Assembly (NCBI GenBank): GCA_031973215.1
Contig: DALYDK010000002.1
Location: 63,276-127,275 of the forward strand
From: Candidatus Saccharimonadota bacterium
GTDB lineage: Bacteria; Patescibacteriota; Saccharimonadia; Saccharimonadales; CAIOMD01
DNA: 64,000 bases
Direction: 5' to 3'
The notes under the pieces are model-generated. The model made no database searches. It worked only from the letters and a program-made list of their open reading frames with translations, and was not told the origin of the DNA. The translations under genes and the position numbers were made by a program. Shown here piece by piece: positions 1 through 8,136 of this stretch. Numbering within the stretch: the stretch's first letter is position 1; every line of letters starts with the position of its first letter.

Positions 1-35
1 ATATATGTACCGATAATACTAAAGAATTTTCTGAA

Positions 36-614
36 TCACTGAGGTAGCAATACGCCATCTATCTCATAGACGGCGCCATTTTTAGCGGGTATACCTGCCT
101 TAGTAACCTGCCATTTGTCACCCTTCATATCTACAATGTATAGATTTTTGTCTTCACTTTTAACTACAATCTCCGACCCGTTCATGGTCTTAATTTTTAG
201 GCCCTCGACCATTGCATCTGGTTCAATTTTTCCGCTTGCAATGTGATAATTAACTACGTTTTTTGTTAATTCTGTGTCTGTTTGCTTAAATAAGTCTTTG
301 ACAGCTTGATCGCTATTTTTATAACCATCGTTCGTAAAAGCAAAAACAGTGTATGGAGTTGTGCCTTCAAGGTCGGTATATAAACCAACTGCTTTAAGCT
401 GTTTCTCGAAATCGTTAAGATCTTTTGACGAAGAAATTATAGAGGCGATACTTTCGGTAGGCTCCTTATTTTGGTCAGCAATATTTGTAGACGAAGTGGT
501 TTGCTCCGGATTCATTGTAACTAATTTGTATGCTCCAAAACCTATTGCAGAGATAATTAAAATAATAATAATTAGTAAAATAATTATTCTTTTTTTATGA
601 GATTTTTCCACCAT
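36..614 (-). CDS. Fasciclin (FAS1) domain protein with N-terminal membrane anchor
   Basis: 192-aa ORF. Hydrophobic N-terminus (RIIILLIIIILIISAIGFGAY) followed by FAS1-like blocks TVFAFTNDGY, VVNYHIASGK and NGAVYEIDGVLLP. Confidence 0.75.
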   Translation of the reverse strand: MVEKSHKKRIIILLIIIILIISAIGFGAYKLVTMNPEQTTSSTNIADQNKEPTESIASIISSSKDLNDFEKQLKAVGLYTDLEGTTPYTVFAFTNDGYKNSDQAVKDLFKQTDTELTKNVVNYHIASGKIEPDAMVEGLKIKTMNGSEIVVKSEDKNLYIVDMKGDKWQVTKAGIPAKNGAVYEIDGVLLPQ

Positions 615-662
615 TCACTTAAGCCTTTAATTATATTCTTAATGATAACTAAAAAGGGTCTT

Positions 663-1595
663 TTAGTCTAATTTTGTAGACTCAAGATATTCTCTTATTC
701 GCAGAGCTGCAGTTGCACCCTCGCCCACTGCGCTTGCTATTTGCATTGTTGCACCGCTCCTAACATCGCCGGCGGCAAAAACACCCTTAATGTTAGTTTC
801 TAGCCGTTCATTAGTTTTAATTAGACCAATTTCGTCTAGTTCTAATTTGCCGTTTAAGAACTGAGTATTTGGTAGTAGTCCTATGAAAACAAAAACACCG
901 TCCACTGCAAATTCTACTTCTTTACCGGTATTTTTGTCAGTTCCGACAACTTTATTTACAAAATTATCATCACCAAGAATTTTATCTGTTGTTGTGTTCA
1001 TGTGAACAGTAATTTTATTGTTTTTTTCAAGCTCTTGGACTAGGACATCGGAAGCTCTAAATTTATCACCTCGTACCAATAAATGAATTTCACTAGCAAA
1101 TTTAGTTAAGAATAATGCTTCTTGAACGGCAGAATTACCACCACCAACTACGACAATTTTTTTATCTCTATAAAATGCACCGTCGCAAGTTGCGCAGTAA
1201 TGCACTCCCCTTGCGTAGTACTTGTCTTCGCCCTCAATACCAAGCCTTTTATAATCGCTACCCGTAGCCACTAATACTGCCTTGGCTAAAATATCACCGT
1301 CGGTAGTTGCTAGTTTAATACGTCCGTCGGGATGCTTTTCAATATTACTAACTTCCCCAAGCTCAATTTTGGCACCAAATCTTTCAGCTTGCTTTCTAAG
1401 TGCCTCAGAAAGATCAAGCCCACTTATGCCTTCTGGAAAACCAGGATAATTATCTACCCAGTCAGTTGTGGCAGCTAAACCGCCAATTATACCTTTTTCA
1501 AGTAGGACAGTTTCTATGTCTTCTCTGGTTGTGTAGATTGCTGCTGCTAGAGCAGTGGGACCCGCACCAATAGTAACTACGGAATATTCCTTCAT
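663..1595 (-). CDS. trxB: Thioredoxin-disulfide reductase
   Basis: 310 aa. FAD site TIGAGPTALAAAIY, redox-active CATCDG, NADPH site VVGGGNSAVQEA, C-terminal FAAGDV. Confidence 0.92.
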   Translation of the reverse strand: MKEYSVVTIGAGPTALAAAIYTTREDIETVLLEKGIIGGLAATTDWVDNYPGFPEGISGLDLSEALRKQAERFGAKIELGEVSNIEKHPDGRIKLATTDGDILAKAVLVATGSDYKRLGIEGEDKYYARGVHYCATCDGAFYRDKKIVVVGGGNSAVQEALFLTKFASEIHLLVRGDKFRASDVLVQELEKNNKITVHMNTTTDKILGDDNFVNKVVGTDKNTGKEVEFAVDGVFVFIGLLPNTQFLNGKLELDEIGLIKTNERLETNIKGVFAAGDVRSGATMQIASAVGEGATAALRIREYLESTKLD

Positions 1596-1618
1596 AAAAA
1601 TAGTATCCTTTCTGTAAT

Positions 1619-1867
1619 TTATGCCACTGCAGGGGCTAGTTTAGCCAAATTGTAGCCTACAATAACTTCTTTTGAATCATCATTTTTTGTAACAACCGTA
1701 ACTGGTACCGCTAATTGGCCTGATATTTCGAGAGCTTCCTTGGCTCTTTCGGGTGATTCATCTAAATTTACTTCGTCGTACGAAAAGTTTTTACTAGTTA
1801 ACCATTTTTTTACCATAACGCAGTAGGCGCAAGTATTGGTTGTATAAATTGTTATATTTTTTGCCAT
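1619..1867 (-). CDS. Glutaredoxin-like (NrdH/YruB-type) small redoxin
   Basis: 82 aa with an N-terminal CAYC redox motif in a beta-alpha-beta context (ITIYTTNTCAYCVMVKKWL) and VPVT later. Lies directly upstream of trxB. Confidence 0.8.
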   Translation of the reverse strand: MAKNITIYTTNTCAYCVMVKKWLTSKNFSYDEVNLDESPERAKEALEISGQLAVPVTVVTKNDDSKEVIVGYNLAKLAPAVA

Positions 1868-1887
1868 AATTTTTCCTTGTATTGTGT

Positions 1888-1920
1888 ATTATATCACGTT
1901 AAATACGCTATATATAGCGT
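1888..1920 (-). promoter_or_regulatory. Putative extended -10 promoter for the grx-like/trxB genes, abutted by a perfect 16-bp palindrome
   Basis: The minus strand reads TGATATAAT (plus-strand 1888-1896), about 20 nt upstream of the 1867 start. The palindrome ACGCTATATATAGCGT occupies 1905-1920, where a -35 element would be expected. Confidence 0.4.
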
Positions 1921-1923
1921 TTT

Positions 1924-2442
1924 TTAATTAATTTTTAACAAAGTTACGTCAAATACCAAATCGGCATTAGGGCCAATATCGGTGCCTGCTCCGGCTTCGC
2001 CGTAAGCCAAGTTACTTGGAATAATTAGCCTTCTGGTTTCACCTACTTTCATACCCGGAATCCCCTGAGTCCAGCCGGCAATTACTCCGCTTAGCGGAAA
2101 TGTTGCGGGTTGACCACTATCAAGTGAACTTTCAAAAATTTTTCCGCTACTTGCTAAAGCTCCAGTGTAATGTACAGTAACCGAATCGGATTCTTTAACA
2201 GTGGCTTCGCCTTCACCTGGTTGAATTGTAATTGTTTTTAGTTCGCTAACATCTGCAATTGGCTCAAAATTTTGTAATTGTGTACCTTTCAATTTACCCT
2301 CCTCGGATGGTGTATTAGTTGCATTGATTTGTTCTTGTGTGTTTTTATTGTCAATAAATGAATAGACTGTTACGCCTAGAATAAAGACAACAAAAATAAT
2401 TGTTATTAGCAGAATACCTGCTCGTTGGGCCTTTTCCGACAC
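1924..2442 (-). CDS. FKBP-type peptidyl-prolyl cis-trans isomerase, membrane-anchored
   Basis: 172 aa. N-terminal TM segment, then an FKBP core: VTVHYTGAL..GKIFESS, GVIAGWTQGIPGMKVGETRRLIIPSNLAYG, LVFDVTLL. Confidence 0.85.
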   Translation of the reverse strand: MSEKAQRAGILLITIIFVVFILGVTVYSFIDNKNTQEQINATNTPSEEGKLKGTQLQNFEPIADVSELKTITIQPGEGEATVKESDSVTVHYTGALASSGKIFESSLDSGQPATFPLSGVIAGWTQGIPGMKVGETRRLIIPSNLAYGEAGAGTDIGPNADLVFDVTLLKIN

Positions 2443-2517
2443 CTATACCTCCAAATTTTTTTGTAACTTACTAGTAAATTATTATAACAAATTGATAATT
2501 AACTTAAAGCTGAAACC

Positions 2518-5397
2518 TTAGGCCTTTTTTATCTTGTGGCTTGATTTTTTAACTAGATATACCAAGCCAATAGCTATCGCAAGCAGTATTACGACTCCGC
2601 TTAGTGCAGGGGCAATACGACCAATTAGTATGCTAGCTACAACTGTAATTATTAACCAGCTAAGTCCGAGTTTTCTTGATACATTAATTTTCAAAAACTC
2701 GGCACCTAGGTAATAGTATGGAAACACTGTGATAACTAGTAGGGTGCTAGAAAGAAGTCCAAAAATAATCAGGACTGCTAAACCTTGCCAGAATGGGCTA
2801 AGAATAGCTAATGGAGTAATTGCCACAACAGCGGTTAAACTAGTGGCAATCAATGGCCTAAACCTTTCTTGCAAGCCCTCTACAATAGCATCTACCGGAC
2901 CCATACCAGACTTACGAGCCTGATTGGCATAATCTGTTAATAATATTGTATTTTTAATACTCAGTCCTATAAGAGCAAAAAAGCCTAACATAGCAAAGAA
3001 GCTAAATGGGTTATCTGTCAAATATAGACTAAGAGTTATTCCAAAGAAGCTAAATGGTATTGCAAAGAAGATTAATATTGGCTGAAGCAATGATCTGAAT
3101 TGTATGGCCAATAATATATATATAGATAACAAGATCAGCGGGAAAGCGATACCAAGTACCGCAAAACTTTCCTGATTTTCAGCCTCTTGCCCTAAGTCAA
3201 ACTGAATAGCATCCTTGTCTAGGCCGTAAGATTCTACTTTTTCTGGTGTGAATTCGTTATTTATTGCCTCCTCTGCCAAGTTAAACAACCTAGTCGTGTC
3301 TGACGCATCAAACTCTGCGCTAACTGGAACCCTTAGGTTTCCATCAGACCTAACGAATGTATTTGGATTAGGTGGATTTACATTAGTGACTGTTGCGGTT
3401 GTTCCATCTGGCCTGGTAACAGTCAGAGTCTCAAAGAAAGCGGCAATATCGTTAGCTAATTTGAACGAAGCCTCTCTATTATCATCTACAACCACTACGG
3501 TGAACGGTTGAGCGGGTGGTCCTGCATCTAGCTGGACTACTTTGGACTGGACCTGCGGTAAGCCAGAATCTAGTTCTTTCTGTACTTTATCTACCAACTG
3601 CGGAGATCTAATATCCCTTTTCGAATAAGATATTAACTTAATGCTCAAAGTTGCATCTCTTGTACTGCCCGTATTGTATAGTGAGCTATATTCTAAATTC
3701 TCGCCTAAAGTCTTGTATACCAATTCTGTAGCTTGGTTAGTTAGCTGTTCAGCGGTTTGTAAATTAGTGCCTGGAGCAAATGACAGCGTAACCTGCATAT
3801 TATTAGCGTCTTTAGAAGATGGAAATATGTTAAACGCTACCTTTGTACCAAAATATCCTCCAGCGCCAATGAAAAGCACACCAACAAATATTGCGGCCAT
3901 TCCAACTGCCGTTAATTTTTTGTATGATCCTTTTGCCCACAGCATCGGTTTTGCTATAAATTTTGCTAGCTTTTGCTCAATGCCTGCAGCCACTTCTTTA
4001 ACACCTTTTTCTCCCATGGATTTTTTGTTAAGTAGTAAGAATTTAGCAAAAAACGGAATAAAAATTAAAGATACTAGCAAGCTTATTAATAATGCAGAAA
4101 TAACAGTTGCGGGTATGGCTCTAATGAATGTTCCCAAGATACCCCCTACGAACAGCAGTGGAACAAAACTCAGCACCGCCACAAATGTAGCACTAAGCAT
4201 TGCTCTACTAATTTTCCTAGTTGCTTCAGAGACCGCTTTTCTGGCGTCTTTTTGTTTTTTGCGCTGAGCATCTATTGCTTCTACCATTATTATTGTGTCG
4301 TCGACTATTAAGGCTAAACTAAGAATCAGAGCGAAGAGCGTTATTACATTTAAGGTAAAGCCCAACAAGTACAAAAGGCCAATGACAGCAAAGATAATTA
4401 TAATAAGTGCAAAAACAGTTATTAATGAAGCTCTTAGGGCAATAACCAAAGCTCCTACTAACAATACCGCCAAAAGTGCAATTAATAATTCTCTCTGCAA
4501 TTCTGCTATATTGCTTTTTATTTCTGGGGCATAGCTGGCACTCACCACAAAACCCACGCTATTATCTTTTTGAGTAGAGGCAATTTCAGAAACGGCTTCA
4601 TTTACCTGGCTGTCAAATTTCAGTAAATCGGCATCTGTTTTCTTAGAAACTCCAACCAGAACAGATGGATATAGCTCATTCATACCCGACTCTCTCTGAC
4701 CATAGGCATCGAATGTTTTTTGAATTACCTGACTCTGGCCCGTGAAAGGATTAATAGCCGTATTAAAAGGATTAATTACAAAGGCTTTTTCTACAGTATC
4801 AAGGTTTTTTTCATTTAATGACTTAGTAAACGATTCTGCAGCAAGTAGTAAATCAGCTGTTGGCTGACCGCTTTTACCATATACTGAAATACCAATGTCA
4901 ACAGGTTCTAATTGAATACCTGCGGGGCTAAAATATGGAGCGCTAACTGTAACCGTTGCTTGCTCAGGTAGTACATTATTCTTCTGCAGTTCACTCTCTA
5001 ATTGTTTAGCAGCCTCTTGAGCGTTTACAGTCTCTTCGTATTGAATAAAAACATTAAAGAAATTATCGAATGACTGTGACTGTACAGAAGCAACCCCATT
5101 CTGCTTCATCGCAGTTTCTGCAATTGGTTTCGCAACCTTCGAGTCTACTGTTTCTGCATTGCCGATATATGTTCCGTTAATACTCGCCACAGGGAAGTTA
5201 ATACTCGGGAATCCTTCTCTTTTTAGGAGCGTTGTGTAGCTAATTACTCCAAATGCCAAAATCAACAGCATTAACAAAGCTGTAAATTTCGGTCTGTCGA
5301 AAAAAAACAAACTAAATTTTGGCAACAATTTAGCGTCTTTCTTAGTGAACTTCACTTTTTCAGCACTACTTTGTTTCTTGGCTTTTTTCCCCGGCAA
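2518..5397 (-). CDS. RND-superfamily (AcrB-like) efflux permease
   Basis: 959 aa. N-terminal FFFDRPKFTALLMLLILAFG resembles the AcrB start. Two large extracytoplasmic loops and two six-TM bundles. No adaptor (MFP) gene lies adjacent. Confidence 0.8.
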   Translation of the reverse strand: MPGKKAKKQSSAEKVKFTKKDAKLLPKFSLFFFDRPKFTALLMLLILAFGVISYTTLLKREGFPSINFPVASINGTYIGNAETVDSKVAKPIAETAMKQNGVASVQSQSFDNFFNVFIQYEETVNAQEAAKQLESELQKNNVLPEQATVTVSAPYFSPAGIQLEPVDIGISVYGKSGQPTADLLLAAESFTKSLNEKNLDTVEKAFVINPFNTAINPFTGQSQVIQKTFDAYGQRESGMNELYPSVLVGVSKKTDADLLKFDSQVNEAVSEIASTQKDNSVGFVVSASYAPEIKSNIAELQRELLIALLAVLLVGALVIALRASLITVFALIIIIFAVIGLLYLLGFTLNVITLFALILSLALIVDDTIIMVEAIDAQRKKQKDARKAVSEATRKISRAMLSATFVAVLSFVPLLFVGGILGTFIRAIPATVISALLISLLVSLIFIPFFAKFLLLNKKSMGEKGVKEVAAGIEQKLAKFIAKPMLWAKGSYKKLTAVGMAAIFVGVLFIGAGGYFGTKVAFNIFPSSKDANNMQVTLSFAPGTNLQTAEQLTNQATELVYKTLGENLEYSSLYNTGSTRDATLSIKLISYSKRDIRSPQLVDKVQKELDSGLPQVQSKVVQLDAGPPAQPFTVVVVDDNREASFKLANDIAAFFETLTVTRPDGTTATVTNVNPPNPNTFVRSDGNLRVPVSAEFDASDTTRLFNLAEEAINNEFTPEKVESYGLDKDAIQFDLGQEAENQESFAVLGIAFPLILLSIYILLAIQFRSLLQPILIFFAIPFSFFGITLSLYLTDNPFSFFAMLGFFALIGLSIKNTILLTDYANQARKSGMGPVDAIVEGLQERFRPLIATSLTAVVAITPLAILSPFWQGLAVLIIFGLLSSTLLVITVFPYYYLGAEFLKINVSRKLGLSWLIITVVASILIGRIAPALSGVVILLAIAIGLVYLVKKSSHKIKKA

Positions 5398-5455
5398 AAC
5401 ACCCTCCTAATTAATTAAGCTTTAAAATCAATTTTAGCACGACTTACTTTACAAT

Positions 5456-7231
5456 TTATAGTGATATTTCAAAACTTTTTAGTTTTTTCTTAGCTGAATC
5501 AGTTTGAGCACTGCTGACCTTTAGTAAGCTTGAATAAATACCTCCGCTTACGGCAAGTTCCGCAGGTGTGCCTATTTCATCTACCTGACCGTTTTTAAGA
5601 GTAATTATTTTGTCTACATGCGCAATGGTACTAAGCCTGTGCGCAATAATAATTGTGGTACGATTTTTCATTAACCTATTTAGAGCTTCTTGAACCATAA
5701 CTTCACTTTTGTTATCTAGGCTACTCGTAGCTTCGTCTAGAACTAATATAGGAGCGTCTTTTAGTAGAGCCCTGGCTATTGCTATTCTCTGTTTTTGGCC
5801 GCCGCTTAGCTTTAGGCCTCTTTCGCCAATTTGGGTGCTATAGCCTTTTTCTAGCTTTTCAATAAATTCTGATGCATTTGCATTTTTTGCTGCCTGTTTT
5901 ATTTTCGCAAGTTGAATATTTTCATCGGCGTAGGCAATATTTTCTTTTATTGTTCCACTAAAAAGTGCTGGCTCTTGGAACACTACTCCAATATTTTGGC
6001 GCAAAGATTTTTTGCTAACACTATTAATGTTCTGCCCATCAATAGATATTTCACCGCCGTTCGCATCGTAAAGCCTTAATAGTAAATTTGTTAGAGTAGT
6101 CTTGCCTTCTCCGCTTTCACCAACCAGTGCAACTTTTTCGCCTGGTTCAATGTTAAAAGATATATCCCTTAGAACCTGTTTTTTATCGTAAGCAAAAGAC
6201 ACATTACTAAATTCTATAGACGGTTTTTTAAATTTTAATTCCTTGGTTGCATCATTATCTTCGTTTTCGTTTTCAGATACAAGCGACATTACTTCGAAAT
6301 AATCCTTGCTATCGGCAATTGCTTTTTGAGTGTTATCTACCAAAAAACTAATTGTAAAAATTGGAATTCTAATTTGCATAGCATATAAAATTAATGCTAC
6401 CGCCTGACCTGGGCTAAATACTCCTTTAGCCCCTTGCACAAAAATAAACAAATAAACCAAAAAGAAAATAACATTAAGTACCAGTCTCCGCTGGACATCT
6501 TTTTTATGCCAATAAGCCGATTGTGGCTTATTAATGACAACAGCTTTTGAAACATATTTATTAAATTTACCAAGTTCGTACTTTTCTTTAATAAAACTCT
6601 TTACAACCTTAATTTGGTTAATTACTTCTGCGAACCTACCACTGGCAATGTCTAAATTTTCATTTTTTTCTTTTTGATACTTTTGCCAAACGTTGCTAGT
6701 TCTAAGAGTCAAAAATATATAAATTGGATACAAACTGCCAAGTAAAACAGCAACCTGCCAGCTATAGTACGCTACAATTCCAAGCGCAATAATTGTAGAA
6801 AAAATAAACTGCAAAAAGTTATTGCTAAGCATTTGCATAAAATTAGTAATTTGGTTAATTGATCTATTTAACCTATTAATAATTTTCCCGGAAAGCTCTG
6901 TATCAAAGTAGCTTTGCGGTAAATCTAAAACTTTTTGGTAATACCGAAAACTTAGCAGCCTAAATAGCTTCATAGAAAGCTGATCACCCCAGTATCCACT
7001 AATGTTGTTGCCAACTGTAGACACTACCTCAATAGCAAATATACCAACAGCCAACCAAACCATATAACTAATGTCGGCATTGGTTCCTTTTTGCATTTCA
7101 TCTATCGCCCAACCACTTAACAATGGCATAAGAAGACCAATTATGCTCAACAAAACGGTAAATATACTTATGGCCAAATAATAGCGCCATAGCTCTTTAC
7201 TGTATTTAACTATTTTCCAAATTTGATTCAT
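5456..7231 (-). CDS. ABC exporter, fused permease/ATPase (MsbA/multidrug type)
   Basis: 591 aa. N-terminal six-TM exporter domain. Walker A GESGEGKTT, signature LSGGQKQR, Walker B ILVLDEATSSLD, H-loop IIIAHR. Confidence 0.9.
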   Translation of the reverse strand: MNQIWKIVKYSKELWRYYLAISIFTVLLSIIGLLMPLLSGWAIDEMQKGTNADISYMVWLAVGIFAIEVVSTVGNNISGYWGDQLSMKLFRLLSFRYYQKVLDLPQSYFDTELSGKIINRLNRSINQITNFMQMLSNNFLQFIFSTIIALGIVAYYSWQVAVLLGSLYPIYIFLTLRTSNVWQKYQKEKNENLDIASGRFAEVINQIKVVKSFIKEKYELGKFNKYVSKAVVINKPQSAYWHKKDVQRRLVLNVIFFLVYLFIFVQGAKGVFSPGQAVALILYAMQIRIPIFTISFLVDNTQKAIADSKDYFEVMSLVSENENEDNDATKELKFKKPSIEFSNVSFAYDKKQVLRDISFNIEPGEKVALVGESGEGKTTLTNLLLRLYDANGGEISIDGQNINSVSKKSLRQNIGVVFQEPALFSGTIKENIAYADENIQLAKIKQAAKNANASEFIEKLEKGYSTQIGERGLKLSGGQKQRIAIARALLKDAPILVLDEATSSLDNKSEVMVQEALNRLMKNRTTIIIAHRLSTIAHVDKIITLKNGQVDEIGTPAELAVSGGIYSSLLKVSSAQTDSAKKKLKSFEISL

Positions 7232-7261
7232 TGTCTTTTTATAAGTATAAAGCTTTTAAAT

Positions 7262-7311
7262 AAAAAAATCGTTCCAGCAAAACACTAAATTGTTTAATGT
7301 TCTATTGGAAC
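7262..7311 (-). terminator. Intrinsic terminator on the minus strand (extended hairpin plus U-run)
   Basis: The minus strand reads GTTCCAatagAACATTAAAcaaTTTAGTGTTttgcTGGAAC followed by GATTTTTTTA. The internal T:G wobble is compatible only with the minus strand; the plus strand would have a C:A mismatch there. Confidence 0.7.
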
Positions 7312-7320
7312 GAACAGGTG

Positions 7321-7945
7321 TTGTTTGTCCGAGTGTCTACGGACTGTCCGCAGAACTCCCAACCGAAATCGGCTAGTGTTCGTTGGCGGGCTGCGCCTGC
7401 ACCCTACTTACCGCAGTGGGGGCACGGATAATGTCCTACTTGGTTTCCCTTGTAGTAAGTCATTTCGCACGCGCCACACTTTGTGGGGGTTGGCGTACGA
7501 AGCCCTTGTTGCTTTCTTCCTTGTAGCCCCATTTTTACTCCTAAAGGTAGATTGGGCCGAAAACGAAAGATTGGGGGTGTGCCCGGAGCATCAGTTACTG
7601 GCCGAAAGGTTACCAGTAAAAGCTCAACGGGCACACCCCACATTTCTGCACCTTCCCCGCGCAGAAATAGAGGAGCAGCAAGCTCCTAGCGAGGACTGGA
7701 GGAATTGCACCTCCTGAATTAAGGGAAGTTTAGTGATGCCTTGGCGGGGGGACCAAGGAATCATCACAACCCATAAAACCGGAGGCTAACCCTCCAGCCC
7801 TCTAGAGTGCTCGGCCGGGTCTCGGCCGACGGGGGAGACAACCTCCTCCGACCGAGCACCTCTCACCCAGGAAAACCCGGGGAGTGGTCGGACAGTGACT
7901 TCGGTTAGACCGAAGTATGCCCGCTTAGTGTGACCAAAAGCAAAC
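7321..7945. ncRNA. Large GC-rich, hairpin-dense structured RNA candidate of unknown class (orientation unresolved, minus favoured by the terminator)
   Basis: The block is visibly GC-enriched inside a 0.9-kb non-coding gap. Many perfect helices are present, for example GGGGTGTGCCCG/CGGGCACACCCC (7574-7585/7628-7639) enclosing TTACTGG/CCAGTAA and CC-GAAA-GG. Others are GTGATGCCTTGG/CCAAGG..CATCAC (7733-7767) and a three-way junction at 7804-7863. Long-range complements are 7343-7350/7889-7896 and 7385-7391/7919-7925. I recognised no RNase P, tmRNA, SRP or intron signatures. Confidence 0.6.
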
Positions 7946-8136
7946 TAATAGCAGGCATTTCTGCCGCAATAGTTTAGCCTTTTCGTCACTTAAAATGCTC
8001 TCTCTAAATAAAGAGCAATTTAAGTAACAAAAAAGTTTACCTAAAGGGCATTAACGCCTAAAAAAATAACAACACCTGTAAATGTGCTTACGCCACCCCT
8101 AAAATACATAGTGGGCATAGCCGTACTATGCTAACA

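Noticed and set aside
7325-7717. Track ORFs 7325..7717 (+), 7483..7689 (+) and the long form of 7404..7643 (-), which lie inside the GC-rich block.
   Set aside because: GC-rich sequence in an AT-rich genome yields long stop-free frames by chance. These ORFs overlap each other in three frames. Their products are low-complexity Arg/Pro/Gly-rich sequence with no RBS, and the nucleotides form dense helices. Only the short SD-preceded zinc-ribbon sub-ORF is kept, as a separate low-confidence observation.
7790-7900. Plus-strand resemblance to the 3' part of the ykkC/guanidine-I riboswitch (CAGGAAAACCCGGGGAG versus GGGAnAAAAGCCCGGGAGAG, plus CTAGAG.. and GGTCTCGGCCGA..). Also a cobalamin-like GGTGCAATTCC on the minus strand near 7700-7712.
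   Set aside because: The matches are short and partial. The other conserved blocks (CUAGGGUUCCG, GGUCCGAGAG, ACACGG; or GGGAA and CCCGCnACUGU for B12) are missing. The ykkC-like strand points away from any downstream gene.
7321-7945. Assignment of the block to RNase P RNA, tmRNA, SRP RNA, 6S RNA or a group II intron.
   Set aside because: A P2/P4-like pair of long-range complements and a GCCCGCTTAG string are vaguely RNase-P-like. However, the near-invariant GGAAAGUCC and ACAGAA motifs are absent and the block is about 250 nt too long. There is no GGGG 5' end, T-arm or ACCA 3' end and no plausible ...LAA tag frame, which argues against tmRNA. There is no GGAAGCAGCC helix-8 motif, which argues against SRP. 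The only GTGCG lies 150 nt from the end and there is no domain-V hairpin, which argues against a group II intron. These are memory-based checks and a covariance-model search is still required.
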